From positions 1 to 53,007 of the forward strand of contig JAZUJS010000081.1 of assembly GCA_045642865.1 (NCBI GenBank): DNA of 53,007 nt, given 5' to 3'. The notes beneath the pieces were generated by a model. That model was not told where the DNA came from, ran no database searches, and was given only the letters and a program-made list of their open reading frames with translations. This stretch comes from Candidatus Nanosyncoccus sp. GTDB taxonomy: Bacteria; Patescibacteriota; Saccharimonadia; Saccharimonadales; Saccharimonadaceae. Below are positions 33,506 through 43,525 of this stretch, one piece after another. Within the stretch, counting starts at the first letter, position 1. Each line of letters starts with the position of its first letter. A program made the translations under genes and the position numbers.

Positions 33506-34684
33506 TTAGTCAAGATGAATGAAGCGATACTGCCAAATGTCGCCTGCAGCGATTTGACGCGAACCAAAATCACCATAGTGCGAGTCGCCAGAATAGAGAT
33601 AGGTGGCCCAAGAGTTATTGTATTCTGTCACATTAATCGAACCATCACTATTGACGCTTTCAACCCAGAAAACGTGTCCATAAATACCGTTTGAGGTTTG
33701 TCCAATGCTACCAGCAGTCGGCGTACCATCTACACGGTAACCACCCCAACGTTCCGCTTTCCAGGCCCAGTCGTAGGCATTGCCATACGAAAGTGCAATG
33801 CCATAGGCTTCGTAGGCCTTCCAGCCAACGTAGCTCACACATTCGCAGACATAGCCACCAATATCGTGCCAGCCATAGGCATCTTCCCAATATGTTTCGT
33901 AATTGTCCTGGGCGCCAGGACATTCGTTTTGCCACGGATAAGTATTGTCTCCGGTAAAGGCGCTACCACGATAGAGCTCCGGGTGAGTTTCCTGCTCAAT
34001 GCGCTCTGCTTCTTGTTTTGCACGTTTTGCATCTTCAGCCATGCGTGTATACGATTCGATGTCGTTCTGATATTTTTCAACGAGAGTACGCTGCTCTTCG
34101 CGACGCGCAATTAGACTTTCCCTTGCGTTTTGCTGTTGGTCAAGAAGATTTTCGACTTGAATTTTATCTTCTTCAAGCTTTTCCTTATTCTTTTTAACTT
34201 TGGCGGCAGAAGCGGAAATTTGGTCTTTAATCACTTCTTCGCGCGCTTGTTTTTCGGCAAGATCCGAGAGCGAGCTACTACCAGCGAGAACCGTAATTGG
34301 TTCTATTTCTTCTTCAAAATGCATATCAATCAGAAGCTCCGCGAGGGCGTTTTGCTCTTCGAGCAGTTTCTTTTCGGCTTCTTCAATTTGCCGAGTTAAT
34401 TCTGTAATTTCAGCTTCAGTTTCGATAATTTCTGCTTCCTTGGCGGCAATTTCAGCATTAAGCTCGTTCACTTTGTTTTGATACATGCTTGCCGTATTGG
34501 CCGCTTCTGCCGCGTTACGATTCGCTTCTTGTTCGCGCTCAATCGCGGCTAGACATTCAGGACTATTTTGACAAGCTTTAGAAATACCTAAGACATCGTT
34601 GATTTTTACTAGAGAAACAGCGCATACTACAGCCATAAGAAAAGCTGCATATTTTTGCCACTTATTTTTCTTTAGCATTACCAT
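33506..34684 (-). CDS. Coiled-coil plus CHAP-domain peptidoglycan hydrolase (PcsB/CwlO-like FtsEX partner)
   Basis: Signal peptide, long coiled coil, ECVSYV.W, GNA..W, YGHV.WVE.V, VTEYN; directly after ftsX. Confidence 0.88.
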   Translation of the reverse strand: MVMLKKNKWQKYAAFLMAVVCAVSLVKINDVLGISKACQNSPECLAAIEREQEANRNAAEAANTASMYQNKVNELNAEIAAKEAEIIETEAEITELTRQIEEAEKKLLEEQNALAELLIDMHFEEEIEPITVLAGSSSLSDLAEKQAREEVIKDQISASAAKVKKNKEKLEEDKIQVENLLDQQQNARESLIARREEQRTLVEKYQNDIESYTRMAEDAKRAKQEAERIEQETHPELYRGSAFTGDNTYPWQNECPGAQDNYETYWEDAYGWHDIGGYVCECVSYVGWKAYEAYGIALSYGNAYDWAWKAERWGGYRVDGTPTAGSIGQTSNGIYGHVFWVESVNSDGSINVTEYNNSWATYLYSGDSHYGDFGSRQIAAGDIWQYRFIHLD

Positions 34685-34734
34685 AACTTAATAATAGCAT
34701 AAACACTATTATTTTGTAAAGTCTTAGGTAATAA

Positions 34735-35781
34735 TCACGCCTTAAGATATTTTTTAATAGCAAGTCGCGCCGAGATGCGTCCAATTAAAATTCCAGCCGC
34801 CAAGAAGCCAGCATATACCAGAATAAGTTGGTTTGATTCCATGATATTTGTTACGACAGCCATGTCGATTCCGTAGTTCGAAAGCTCCGGAGAAAGAAAG
34901 ATGAAGCCCACATAACAGGCCGTTGCGGAAATTAATGCCGCAATAATACCACAAATCTCCGCCTCAATGAGGAATGGACCACGGATAAAGCCTTTATCGG
35001 CACCCACCAATCTCATCATGTAGATTTCTTCGCGTCGACTGAAGATAGCCATGCGAATCGTACTAAAGATAATCAAAATCGAAATTACGAGGAATACCGC
35101 GCCGAGGACAATGCCACCTGTTCTGGCAATATTGGCCCAAGTAGTAATCGTGGCGATTTCAACTTGATTTACGTCGTACGTTGGCGCACGATCTTCGTCA
35201 AGATTTTTTTGGAATTCTGCATTATTTTCAACAATCGATTTGATACTACTGAGGTCATCTACATTATAGGCTTTGATTTTCATTGTTGCCTGCATTTTGG
35301 CGATAATAATTTCTTTCATATCTGGATTAGCGATGAGCTCCAGAATATCCTCATCGTTTTCGGCAGTTTTTTCTTCTACGTATTTTTCAAATTCTCGAGT
35401 TGAGGTTGCAGTTTCGACACTTTTAACGTTTGGGTCGGCTGACATAATTTTTGATAAGTCGCTCAAAGTTTTTTCGCTAACGCCAGGATGAAGATAGACT
35501 GTAATATCGATTTTTTCGCGCATCGATTCAGCCGTATTTGCCAGGACAATGCTCGCTGCAATAGTGACAAACAAAATAATGAGCGTAATCGACATAACTG
35601 CGGTTGCGGCGGTAGAAAGCCAGATGTTGCGCGCAAAGCCAATTGCGCCATATTTGATAATTCGCCCTTCTTCTCGCACTGGATGGCTGGCGGTACTTTT
35701 TTTCATCGCTTTCAATTTGGTCTTGGCGGCCGTCTTGAGAGCTTTTGTCCCGATTTTCTTTGAAGTTTTATCTTTTTTCAT
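34735..35781 (-). CDS. ftsX: Cell division permease FtsX
   Basis: RN.WLS.AA, TIRMAIFSRREEI.MMRLVGA...FIRGPFLIE. Confidence 0.95.
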   Translation of the reverse strand: MKKDKTSKKIGTKALKTAAKTKLKAMKKSTASHPVREEGRIIKYGAIGFARNIWLSTAATAVMSITLIILFVTIAASIVLANTAESMREKIDITVYLHPGVSEKTLSDLSKIMSADPNVKSVETATSTREFEKYVEEKTAENDEDILELIANPDMKEIIIAKMQATMKIKAYNVDDLSSIKSIVENNAEFQKNLDEDRAPTYDVNQVEIATITTWANIARTGGIVLGAVFLVISILIIFSTIRMAIFSRREEIYMMRLVGADKGFIRGPFLIEAEICGIIAALISATACYVGFIFLSPELSNYGIDMAVVTNIMESNQLILVYAGFLAAGILIGRISARLAIKKYLKA

Positions 35782-36554
35782 TATTGAATAACCTTCTTTA
35801 ACTTAAGGGCGTGACCCGGTGTACGCACCACGTGCTGTGGCGTTACGGGTTTCACGATTGGAGTTTCGTCAAGTTTATAGATGCCATGATTCTTTTGATC
35901 ATTTACAATTTTGCCATCTTTTAGCGTAATAACACGCTTTTGCAATGAGTTAACGATATTTTCATTGTGCGTAGTTACGAGAATAGTCGTGCCAAAATCG
36001 TTAATTTTTTTCAACAAATCAATAATTTCATCAGTTGTAAGTTTGTCGAGCTGACCAGTAGGCTCATCAGCTACCAAAATTTTAGGTTGACGAGCTACAG
36101 AGCGCGCAATCGAGACACGTTGACGTTGGCCACCAGAAAGTTGATCTGGGAATTTTTTGGCCTGATCAAGAAGGCCGACTAGTTCTAGAACTTTTGGTAC
36201 GGTCTTAGCAATATCTCTACCGCTCATACCAGCAATTTCGAGCGCAAAAGCGACATTCTCATAGACTGTGCGGCGTGGCAACAATTTAAAATCCTGAAAA
36301 ACAACGCCAAGACGACGACGATATTCTGGAATATGACGTTTTTTGACAAAATCAAGGTCAATGCCACCAATGATAATTTTGCCAGAATCTGGGCTTTCTT
36401 CCTTGGTGATCATTTTCATTAAAGTAGATTTGCCTGCGCCCGATTTTCCTACCAAAAACACGAACTCATTTGGCGCGATATGCAAAGAGACATCACTTAG
36501 GGCTGGTTTTGAATCGCCCTGATAAGTTTTGGTGACTCGATCAAGCAAAATCAT
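35781..36554 (-). CDS. ftsE: Cell division ATP-binding protein FtsE
   Basis: GKSGAGKST, GVVFQDFKLL, LSGGQRQR, ADEPTG; start reassigned to ATG 36554, 6 nt after TGgTATAAT. Confidence 0.95.
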   Translation of the reverse strand: MILLDRVTKTYQGDSKPALSDVSLHIAPNEFVFLVGKSGAGKSTLMKMITKEESPDSGKIIIGGIDLDFVKKRHIPEYRRRLGVVFQDFKLLPRRTVYENVAFALEIAGMSGRDIAKTVPKVLELVGLLDQAKKFPDQLSGGQRQRVSIARSVARQPKILVADEPTGQLDKLTTDEIIDLLKKINDFGTTILVTTHNENIVNSLQKRVITLKDGKIVNDQKNHGIYKLDETPIVKPVTPQHVVRTPGHALKLKKVIQ

Positions 36555-36602
36555 AAGCTTATTATACCATAAGCTTATGCTTTGCAAAAGTTTTTTAACT
36601 CA

Positions 36603-38987
36603 CTAGGCGATTTTTTCGAGCTCTGTCATCAGGTCAAGGATTTCTTGCGCTTCAAGGACACGATCCCTATCAGCGAACTCAAGGTGGAAGGAGATATTTT
36701 TCTCATTTTTTCCTTCTGGCTGATAAATTGAAGTTGGTTCAATCTTGAATACTAATTCTTTTGCAGCTAGTTTTTGTTCGATTTGATTATAAATTGTCGC
36801 ATACTCTTTTTCAGTCGAAATCGTCAAATCGCGTTCAACTTTATTTTCGATTAATTCTTTGCGGTTATCGCAGCTATATTGCCTAACTGCATCGAGAATA
36901 ATATTGAGGTCCATCTCAACTGCAGCGGTGAATTTTGGCAACTTGAAATTGCGCAAAATTTTATTCTTTGGCTCGCCAACAACGCCAAACGAAATCTCTT
37001 CGTGATCCTTTAGGAATACTTCAGCCGAGCGCTTTTCTTCAAGCATTTTGCCATTGACGCCTTTTGCTTGTAATGGCTTAAACGAGACTACTAGGCCAAG
37101 CTTGCGGAACAATTCTTCAACGTATTTCTTCGCTACATAATACGCATCACCATTACTAGTGCGATTCGCAACAACAAGTGCCAATTTATTGCGATTGTTT
37201 GGCACACCATCTTCATCAAAGCCGTAGCTCTTTTGGTAAGTTTGATTCATTTCGAATAAGACAAAGTTGTCATATGGAACCTTGATATTCATGTAGGCTT
37301 TTTCGAGCAAGCTTGGAATAATGCTCTGGCGAAGATATTGGAGTTCTGGTGAAATCGAGTTGATGAGTCGATAAGAATTATCAAGTTCTTGTCCAGCCTT
37401 AGTCAACATTTCGCCACTAACGAAGGTATAGGTCAAAGTTTCGTTGGCGCCACAGTTTTTAAGGATATCACGAATTTGTTTTTTAAGTTCAAACATTTCG
37501 TTTTTGTTGGCAGTGGCATGGGTTGGAAGATTTAGGGCAATATTATCATAGCCGTTTAGGCGACCAATTTCCTCAATGATATCTTCTTTGATATGAATAT
37601 CGGTACGCCAAGCTGGCGCGGTAACAGTAAGTTCATCACCATCTTCAACCTTGAAGCTTACATTTTCTAATGTTTCTACGATCTCTTTCTTGGAATAATT
37701 GGTGCCGAGAAGAGTATTAATTTCTGGTGTTGTAATTTTTACAACATTTTCCTTTTCTTGAGTAGATTTCGTGTCAATTGCTTCAGCGATTTCGAAGCCA
37801 TCAGCTAATTTATCGGCACATACCTTGGCAACACTAAGAGTCTGATAGGCTGGTTGGCCTTTCGTGAAGCGAGTAATTGCCTCCGAGAATATACCGTGCG
37901 CCATCTGAGTTTTACGAAGATTATATAAGCTGAATGTGGCAGATTCCAAAATGATATTTTTCGTTTCATCGTCGATCATGGTTGATTTGCCGCCCATGGC
38001 GCCAGCTAGCGCAACAGGAACATTATTACTGGTAATAACAATGTCATTTTCATTCAATTCAACGTCTTCATCATCGAGTAATGTGAGAGTTTCGCCGGTT
38101 TTGGCGAGACGGACGCCAATAATTGGCTCGGTTTTACCACCAACAGCCACAAACTTGTCATAGTCAAAGGCATGAAGTGGTTGACCAGTAAGAAGCATTA
38201 AGTAATTCGTTATATCAACAATAGGATCAACTGGACGCATGCCAGATTTTGACAAAATTGTATCTTGCCAGCTGAGATATTTTTTCTTAATCTCACCATG
38301 CTTTTTTAAAATAATTGCAGAGTAGCGTGGGCAGATTTCGGCAGATTCAATCGAAACTTTCGTCGAGCTAGTTGCGGAATATTCTTCAAAAGTTGGCTCG
38401 TTGAATTTTTGACCCAAAATACCAGCAACTTCGCGCGCAAAACCAATCATACCGAAACAGTCCGGACGATGTGTGAGTGATTTGTTTTCAATATCAAGGA
38501 CAATATCGTTCAAGTCAAAAACATCTGCGAGTTTATCGCCTGGCTTAGCCATTTCAGGATCAATTTCCACAATGCCAGAATGATCATCGCCAAAATCAAG
38601 TTCGTCAGCGCCCGCAAGCATGCCAAACGAATCATGCTTGCCAAGCATCTTGCGCTTCCCAATTACAAACGGAGCATCCTCATGGACACTTTGCGGAACG
38701 ATAGCACCCGGCGCGATCCAGGCCGCAAGCATGCCAGTATGAACATTTGGCGCACCGCAAACCACCTGAATTTCTTCAGAACCATTATTGATTTTGCAAA
38801 GATGAAGATGGGTGCCTTCGATTGCTTCACACTCAACAACCTTAACGACAAAAATGTTGTCATATTTTCTTGTTTCGTCGATTGCTTCTTCAACTTCAAC
38901 AAGGCGAGCACCAATCAGTCGGACCAATTCTTCATTAGAAATATTAATATCTACATATTTTTTGAGCCAATTTAATGAAATTTTCAT
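36603..38987 (-). CDS. pheT: Phenylalanyl-tRNA synthetase beta subunit
   Basis: MKISLNWLK, VVCGAPN, HRPDC, VDITNY.ML.TGQPLHAFD, WRTDI...DIIEEI.RL.GY. Confidence 0.97.
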   Translation of the reverse strand: MKISLNWLKKYVDINISNEELVRLIGARLVEVEEAIDETRKYDNIFVVKVVECEAIEGTHLHLCKINNGSEEIQVVCGAPNVHTGMLAAWIAPGAIVPQSVHEDAPFVIGKRKMLGKHDSFGMLAGADELDFGDDHSGIVEIDPEMAKPGDKLADVFDLNDIVLDIENKSLTHRPDCFGMIGFAREVAGILGQKFNEPTFEEYSATSSTKVSIESAEICPRYSAIILKKHGEIKKKYLSWQDTILSKSGMRPVDPIVDITNYLMLLTGQPLHAFDYDKFVAVGGKTEPIIGVRLAKTGETLTLLDDEDVELNENDIVITSNNVPVALAGAMGGKSTMIDDETKNIILESATFSLYNLRKTQMAHGIFSEAITRFTKGQPAYQTLSVAKVCADKLADGFEIAEAIDTKSTQEKENVVKITTPEINTLLGTNYSKKEIVETLENVSFKVEDGDELTVTAPAWRTDIHIKEDIIEEIGRLNGYDNIALNLPTHATANKNEMFELKKQIRDILKNCGANETLTYTFVSGEMLTKAGQELDNSYRLINSISPELQYLRQSIIPSLLEKAYMNIKVPYDNFVLFEMNQTYQKSYGFDEDGVPNNRNKLALVVANRTSNGDAYYVAKKYVEELFRKLGLVVSFKPLQAKGVNGKMLEEKRSAEVFLKDHEEISFGVVGEPKNKILRNFKLPKFTAAVEMDLNIILDAVRQYSCDNRKELIENKVERDLTISTEKEYATIYNQIEQKLAAKELVFKIEPTSIYQPEGKNEKNISFHLEFADRDRVLEAQEILDLMTELEKIA

Positions 38988-38988
38988 C

Positions 38989-39945
38989 TTAGAACTCCTT
39001 CAAGAAACTTAATTTACCAGATTCAAAGTAACGCACATCTTTTAGGTTGTAGCGCAACATTACGAGACGATCAATGCCACCACCCCACGCAAAACCATGA
39101 TAAATCGTTGGATCAATTCCAGCCATTTTAAGAACGTTCGGATGAATCATGCCACAACCAAGCATTTCCATAAATTCGCCTGGTTTGCCACCAATGGTTT
39201 TTGGTTTTTCAATTTTAAATTCGAGTGATGGTTCAGTAAACGGGAAGTAACCTGGCTGAGTGCAGATATTGAGTTTTTGGCCATAATATTTTTCAAAGAA
39301 TTCGCGCAAGATTGCAAGCATATTGCCCATCGTGCAATCTTTTGACACAAAGACACCTTCACACTGGTAGAAAGTTTGTTCGTGGGTCGCATTAACATCC
39401 TCATTACGAAAAACACGTCCAGGAACAACGACGGCAATGTTTTTTCCTTCGTCGAGATTCTTTTTATACATCTTTAAGACGCGATGTTGCATAGTTGAAG
39501 TGTGAGCAGGCGGAATGAAACCTTCTTCAGTACGGAATGTGTCATAACCATCACGAGCTGGGTGACCTTTAGAGAAATTTAAGCTATCAAACATATGAAA
39601 TTCATCATCAAGTTGGCGTGGTTCAACCACATCGAAGCCCATCATTTGATAAATTTCAACCACTCGGTCAAGCTCAGTCATTAATGGATGAGCAGAGCCC
39701 TCCTGGGCGGAAAGAAATGTCGGGATTGGTAAGTTTGGAGCTGTTGGAGCCGTCACATCGAGTGGCTCAACCTCGGAATCAAGAGCCGCTTCTTCGGCTT
39801 CCTTGATTTTTGCTTGAATAGCCGCTTTTTTAGCATTCATCTCGCGACCAAAAGCAGCACGTTCTTCGACTGGAACGTCCTTAATTTTGGCATACTCTGC
39901 GTTTAATGCCTTGAGTTCGGCTTTTAATTTCTCTATTTCTTCCAT
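38989..39945 (-). CDS. pheS: Phenylalanyl-tRNA synthetase alpha subunit (short N-terminus)
   Basis: HPARD..DTF, HTS.MQ, PGRVFRNE, YFPFTEPS, GFAWGGGIDRL. Confidence 0.97.
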   Translation of the reverse strand: MEEIEKLKAELKALNAEYAKIKDVPVEERAAFGREMNAKKAAIQAKIKEAEEAALDSEVEPLDVTAPTAPNLPIPTFLSAQEGSAHPLMTELDRVVEIYQMMGFDVVEPRQLDDEFHMFDSLNFSKGHPARDGYDTFRTEEGFIPPAHTSTMQHRVLKMYKKNLDEGKNIAVVVPGRVFRNEDVNATHEQTFYQCEGVFVSKDCTMGNMLAILREFFEKYYGQKLNICTQPGYFPFTEPSLEFKIEKPKTIGGKPGEFMEMLGCGMIHPNVLKMAGIDPTIYHGFAWGGGIDRLVMLRYNLKDVRYFESGKLSFLKEF

Positions 39946-39995
39946 AAAAATATTATACCACCAATCTGTTACTATTTCAAAACTTAAACCTAGTC

Positions 39996-42900
39996 TTAAG
40001 CGGCCATCGTAAAGCGATTACGCAAATCAGCATAGACATTATATTTAATTGAGGCAGATGCAATAACTGGCATTTCGACGTAACGATCGTTATCTTCAAT
40101 GGCTGGCTGGACATATTCTTCTTCTTCGCCAAAGTAGTTTCGGTTGGTCGGATCATACTTTGCAACATATGTTTGATATTCCATAAAATCAAGTACCGCA
40201 ACAACGGCATCTTTTGGTAAGCCAGAGTAGCGCGCTAAGATACCTTCATAGGAATTATCAAGTGGATTTTGTTCGTAGTATTCATCGAGGAACAATGAAA
40301 CGGTCGACTGATAGTCATCATCCATTGCCTCCATAAGGCGCTGGTCTTCTGCATAGCGCTGATAATACTTCATTTCCTCCCAATCTTCAGAACTACCAGC
40401 AACACAATTTGAGCCACTAATCCAACCTTCGTTGGCGTTTTGTTCGCCATTTGAAATAATATCTAGAATATCACCCACAACAGGAATTGCACCAATAGCA
40501 CCATTAGCCGCATTGTCAAACACCTCAGTTCCAGTATTTACAGTAACAGAGTCAAATTTACTTGCAATATTGGAATCAGCAATGCCAAACTCCGATGTGC
40601 GGTTGCCACAATATAGAATATAGTTTGCCAAGTCTGATCCTTCTTTAATTTTGCCAAATTTTTCTGGATCACTTTCTTCCATATATAGATTTTCGCTAAC
40701 GCGTTCAACGATAGCTTCGGTTGAATTTTGCTCGCCAGTTAATGTAGATAAGTCACTAATAACATACGGGTTACAAAATGCGTCGCCAAACGCGCCGATT
40801 GCAGCAAGATTTGGACAGGTCTCTTCGAATTCCTCTTGTGTCATCATTGTACTCGAAATATCAACAGCGGAGGCGGTTGGGAGAAGCGCAACAACCGAGT
40901 TTGAGACGAGATTACCCATAGTGGAAATAACCCCAGTTGTGGCCGGCTTCAATACGCCAAGTGTAATTATTTGATTTACTAGGCTACCTAGGAAGGTATA
41001 TGGAGAAGAAATATCAAACGGACTACGCGTGGCACGCTCGTATTCAGCTTTTTCAGCCAGATGCGCACTTTGCAAAGCTTTATATTCGATTACTTTGTCC
41101 CTACTACCCAATGATGAACCACCGGAGCGAATCATCGAGCTCATAATCTTCTCAGTGCCAAGATATACAGCATTTCCAAAATCCTCACCCGCCATTTCGG
41201 TGGCTAGGTCCCTGGTAAAGGCCGCTACAGCCATCGGCAAAAAGGCGTTGACGATAATCGGAGCAAATTCCGAAACTGCCACACTAACACCTATGCCTAC
41301 ACCCGCTTCAACAACCGTCGATACAATACAGCCAATACCAAACGATGCTGCGCAAACCGCAATTTTAACAATATCCATAGTAGCACTAAACGCTGCGGCT
41401 GCGATTTTTGTATACGATAAAGCCTTAAATGTGTCCATCGTAATCGAAAGTTGTGCCATAGCCGCCTTGAAGCCACCAGCTAGGTTAAAGTTTGCAATAC
41501 TCGGGTCGTTTGGATTTAGTGGTTCGCCAGAATAAAGCGACCTTGGACCCTGCGCCTCAATCATAGATTTACCCTCTGACTTAACAACAGTCTCAGTGGT
41601 GTCACCTCTTAATTCTTCGGTTGTCGTTGGGGCGGGAGTAGTCATAGCATTACCAATTACATTGATTGGCGATTGATCACCGGCACGCGCCTTGTCAGCC
41701 GCCTCATTGAATGGCATTGCAACATTTTGTATCTGAAGCGCTTCCTGCGCCTTAACAACAAGCTGAATACTGCTCATTACACCGATAGCAGTAGAGGCAA
41801 CCCCAACAATAGTGTTTGCAATGCCGGCAGCATTTCCCATTTTTCCAATGGAAGAATTTGCGATTTCATCCATTTTGGTCTTAATTTCGGCCTTGGTCGG
41901 CTTCTTTGAAACCGTTTTTACTTCCGCATTTTTTTCTACCCTTGGAACATTTGTTTCTCCCCTAATTGGACTTTCGTCACCATACGCAAATTCAGGATCA
42001 AGGTGATAATCTGCAACCTTATATATTTTTACTTCCTTTGTAACCTCATTCCCATCCGCATCAACCGTAACAATCTTTTCTATGCGACCACTGTCATCTT
42101 CAAGCGCATTTTTCGGTCTTGGATAATTGCCATTTTCATCCTTTTCCACTGTTTCCTCAGATATTTCTGGATCATTGGTCTTTAATTTGTATTCCGAATC
42201 TTCCTTAATTTCCATCGCATCAGCAACGGCTTTTTTCGAGCTACCAGAACCGTAAGTCTCTTCGTACCTATCGATAAAATCCCTAAACACATTGCGCGTT
42301 AGGGCGTTGCTATTTAAAAAGCTATAGGCCAGCGAGTCAAACCACAAACTAACCTTTCCGCGCCACGTAATCGATCCCTCATTGTAGGCAATGCGCACTT
42401 TTTTGTTGGTCTGAATTATATTATCAACCGTGTCTGGAGATTCAAACGAAACCGTGACTCGTTTTCCAGCCGAAGATGAATCGAGTTCAAAATCAGATGT
42501 TATTTTTGTTTTGAGCGTTTCAACATCCTTCGCATTGGCGGCCGCCATATGCATCTTACCATCATCACCTTCATAGAGGAGGACTTTGACTTTTTTATCG
42601 CCACCAACATCGACTTCGTCATAGTAAATACCCTTGTTCGCCAATTTGGTTTTTTGACGATTCGAAAGACTGATCACACCTTTTCTGCGATTGATTGGGT
42701 CCTTTGTTAAACCATGACTAACTTGATATCCTAATAAAGTTTTAGAACGTGTAGAAAGAATTGATTCATTAGAAGTTAATTCCTTCAAGTTGTCGGTAAA
42801 ACTAAAAACAAGCATACTTTGAGAACCAGCAAGCATGCCACCGGCACCAAAAATCAAACCAAGGATCAGGGCAATTGGTCCACGTTTCTTAAGGAAAGAG

Positions 42901-43169
42901 ATGGTATTTTTCTTTTGATTTTTTTCATCTTTTTTGCCGACGACAGAATTAATAAAAGAGTTTGCGGGAGCAGCTTCTTCTTCCCTTGCACCATCCACGG
43001 TATCACTTATATCTTTTGGATTACTTGAAGATGCATCGCGCTCGGCGTTGCGCAGATTATGAGCGGCGTTATCGCGCTTATTATTTTGGTCCAAAAAATC
43101 TGGCCTGCGAGCCTCTCGCTCCGCATCGCCGATGGAACCATCATATAAGTTGCCTCCGCTTGCTTCCAT
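39996..43169 (-). CDS. Large membrane-anchored hypothetical protein (1057 aa) with central hydrophobic helices
   Basis: TM near aa 100, Gly/Ala-rich hydrophobic segments near aa 445-475 and 590-655, Cys-containing acidic C-terminus. Confidence 0.7.
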   Translation of the reverse strand: MEASGGNLYDGSIGDAEREARRPDFLDQNNKRDNAAHNLRNAERDASSSNPKDISDTVDGAREEEAAPANSFINSVVGKKDEKNQKKNTISFLKKRGPIALILGLIFGAGGMLAGSQSMLVFSFTDNLKELTSNESILSTRSKTLLGYQVSHGLTKDPINRRKGVISLSNRQKTKLANKGIYYDEVDVGGDKKVKVLLYEGDDGKMHMAAANAKDVETLKTKITSDFELDSSSAGKRVTVSFESPDTVDNIIQTNKKVRIAYNEGSITWRGKVSLWFDSLAYSFLNSNALTRNVFRDFIDRYEETYGSGSSKKAVADAMEIKEDSEYKLKTNDPEISEETVEKDENGNYPRPKNALEDDSGRIEKIVTVDADGNEVTKEVKIYKVADYHLDPEFAYGDESPIRGETNVPRVEKNAEVKTVSKKPTKAEIKTKMDEIANSSIGKMGNAAGIANTIVGVASTAIGVMSSIQLVVKAQEALQIQNVAMPFNEAADKARAGDQSPINVIGNAMTTPAPTTTEELRGDTTETVVKSEGKSMIEAQGPRSLYSGEPLNPNDPSIANFNLAGGFKAAMAQLSITMDTFKALSYTKIAAAAFSATMDIVKIAVCAASFGIGCIVSTVVEAGVGIGVSVAVSEFAPIIVNAFLPMAVAAFTRDLATEMAGEDFGNAVYLGTEKIMSSMIRSGGSSLGSRDKVIEYKALQSAHLAEKAEYERATRSPFDISSPYTFLGSLVNQIITLGVLKPATTGVISTMGNLVSNSVVALLPTASAVDISSTMMTQEEFEETCPNLAAIGAFGDAFCNPYVISDLSTLTGEQNSTEAIVERVSENLYMEESDPEKFGKIKEGSDLANYILYCGNRTSEFGIADSNIASKFDSVTVNTGTEVFDNAANGAIGAIPVVGDILDIISNGEQNANEGWISGSNCVAGSSEDWEEMKYYQRYAEDQRLMEAMDDDYQSTVSLFLDEYYEQNPLDNSYEGILARYSGLPKDAVVAVLDFMEYQTYVAKYDPTNRNYFGEEEEYVQPAIEDNDRYVEMPVIASASIKYNVYADLRNRFTMAA

Positions 43170-43209
43170 GTTTTATATTATATATTACGATTATGCTTTT
43201 TTCTAGTTT

Positions 43210-43437
43210 TTAAATCATGATAATGACTAGCGAGATGATTGCGAGCACAATTAACACAATCCACACCCAACCGAATTTGCCGGTTTTCTTGAGGTCTTTG
43301 ACATATTCGGAATCCTCAACCAGGTCAGCATCTTCCGAGACATCGGCAGTTTCAGCCGCTTTTTCACGAAGATCAGCATTAATTCTCTCGGTTAGTCGAT
43401 TCTTACGTTCGGTATCTTTGTTTACTATAATACTCAT
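43210..43437 (-). CDS. Small C-terminally anchored membrane protein
   Basis: Charged N-terminus, one C-terminal TM; TGgTATAAT upstream. Confidence 0.7.
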   Translation of the reverse strand: MSIIVNKDTERKNRLTERINADLREKAAETADVSEDADLVEDSEYVKDLKKTGKFGWVWIVLIVLAIISLVIIMI

Positions 43438-43525
43438 TTTAGCTTAACCTATTTAATACTTTTTCATTATACCATATCGTTTAGGATGTGTTATAATAAA
43501 AGCATTATTATTTAAGGAGGTCACA

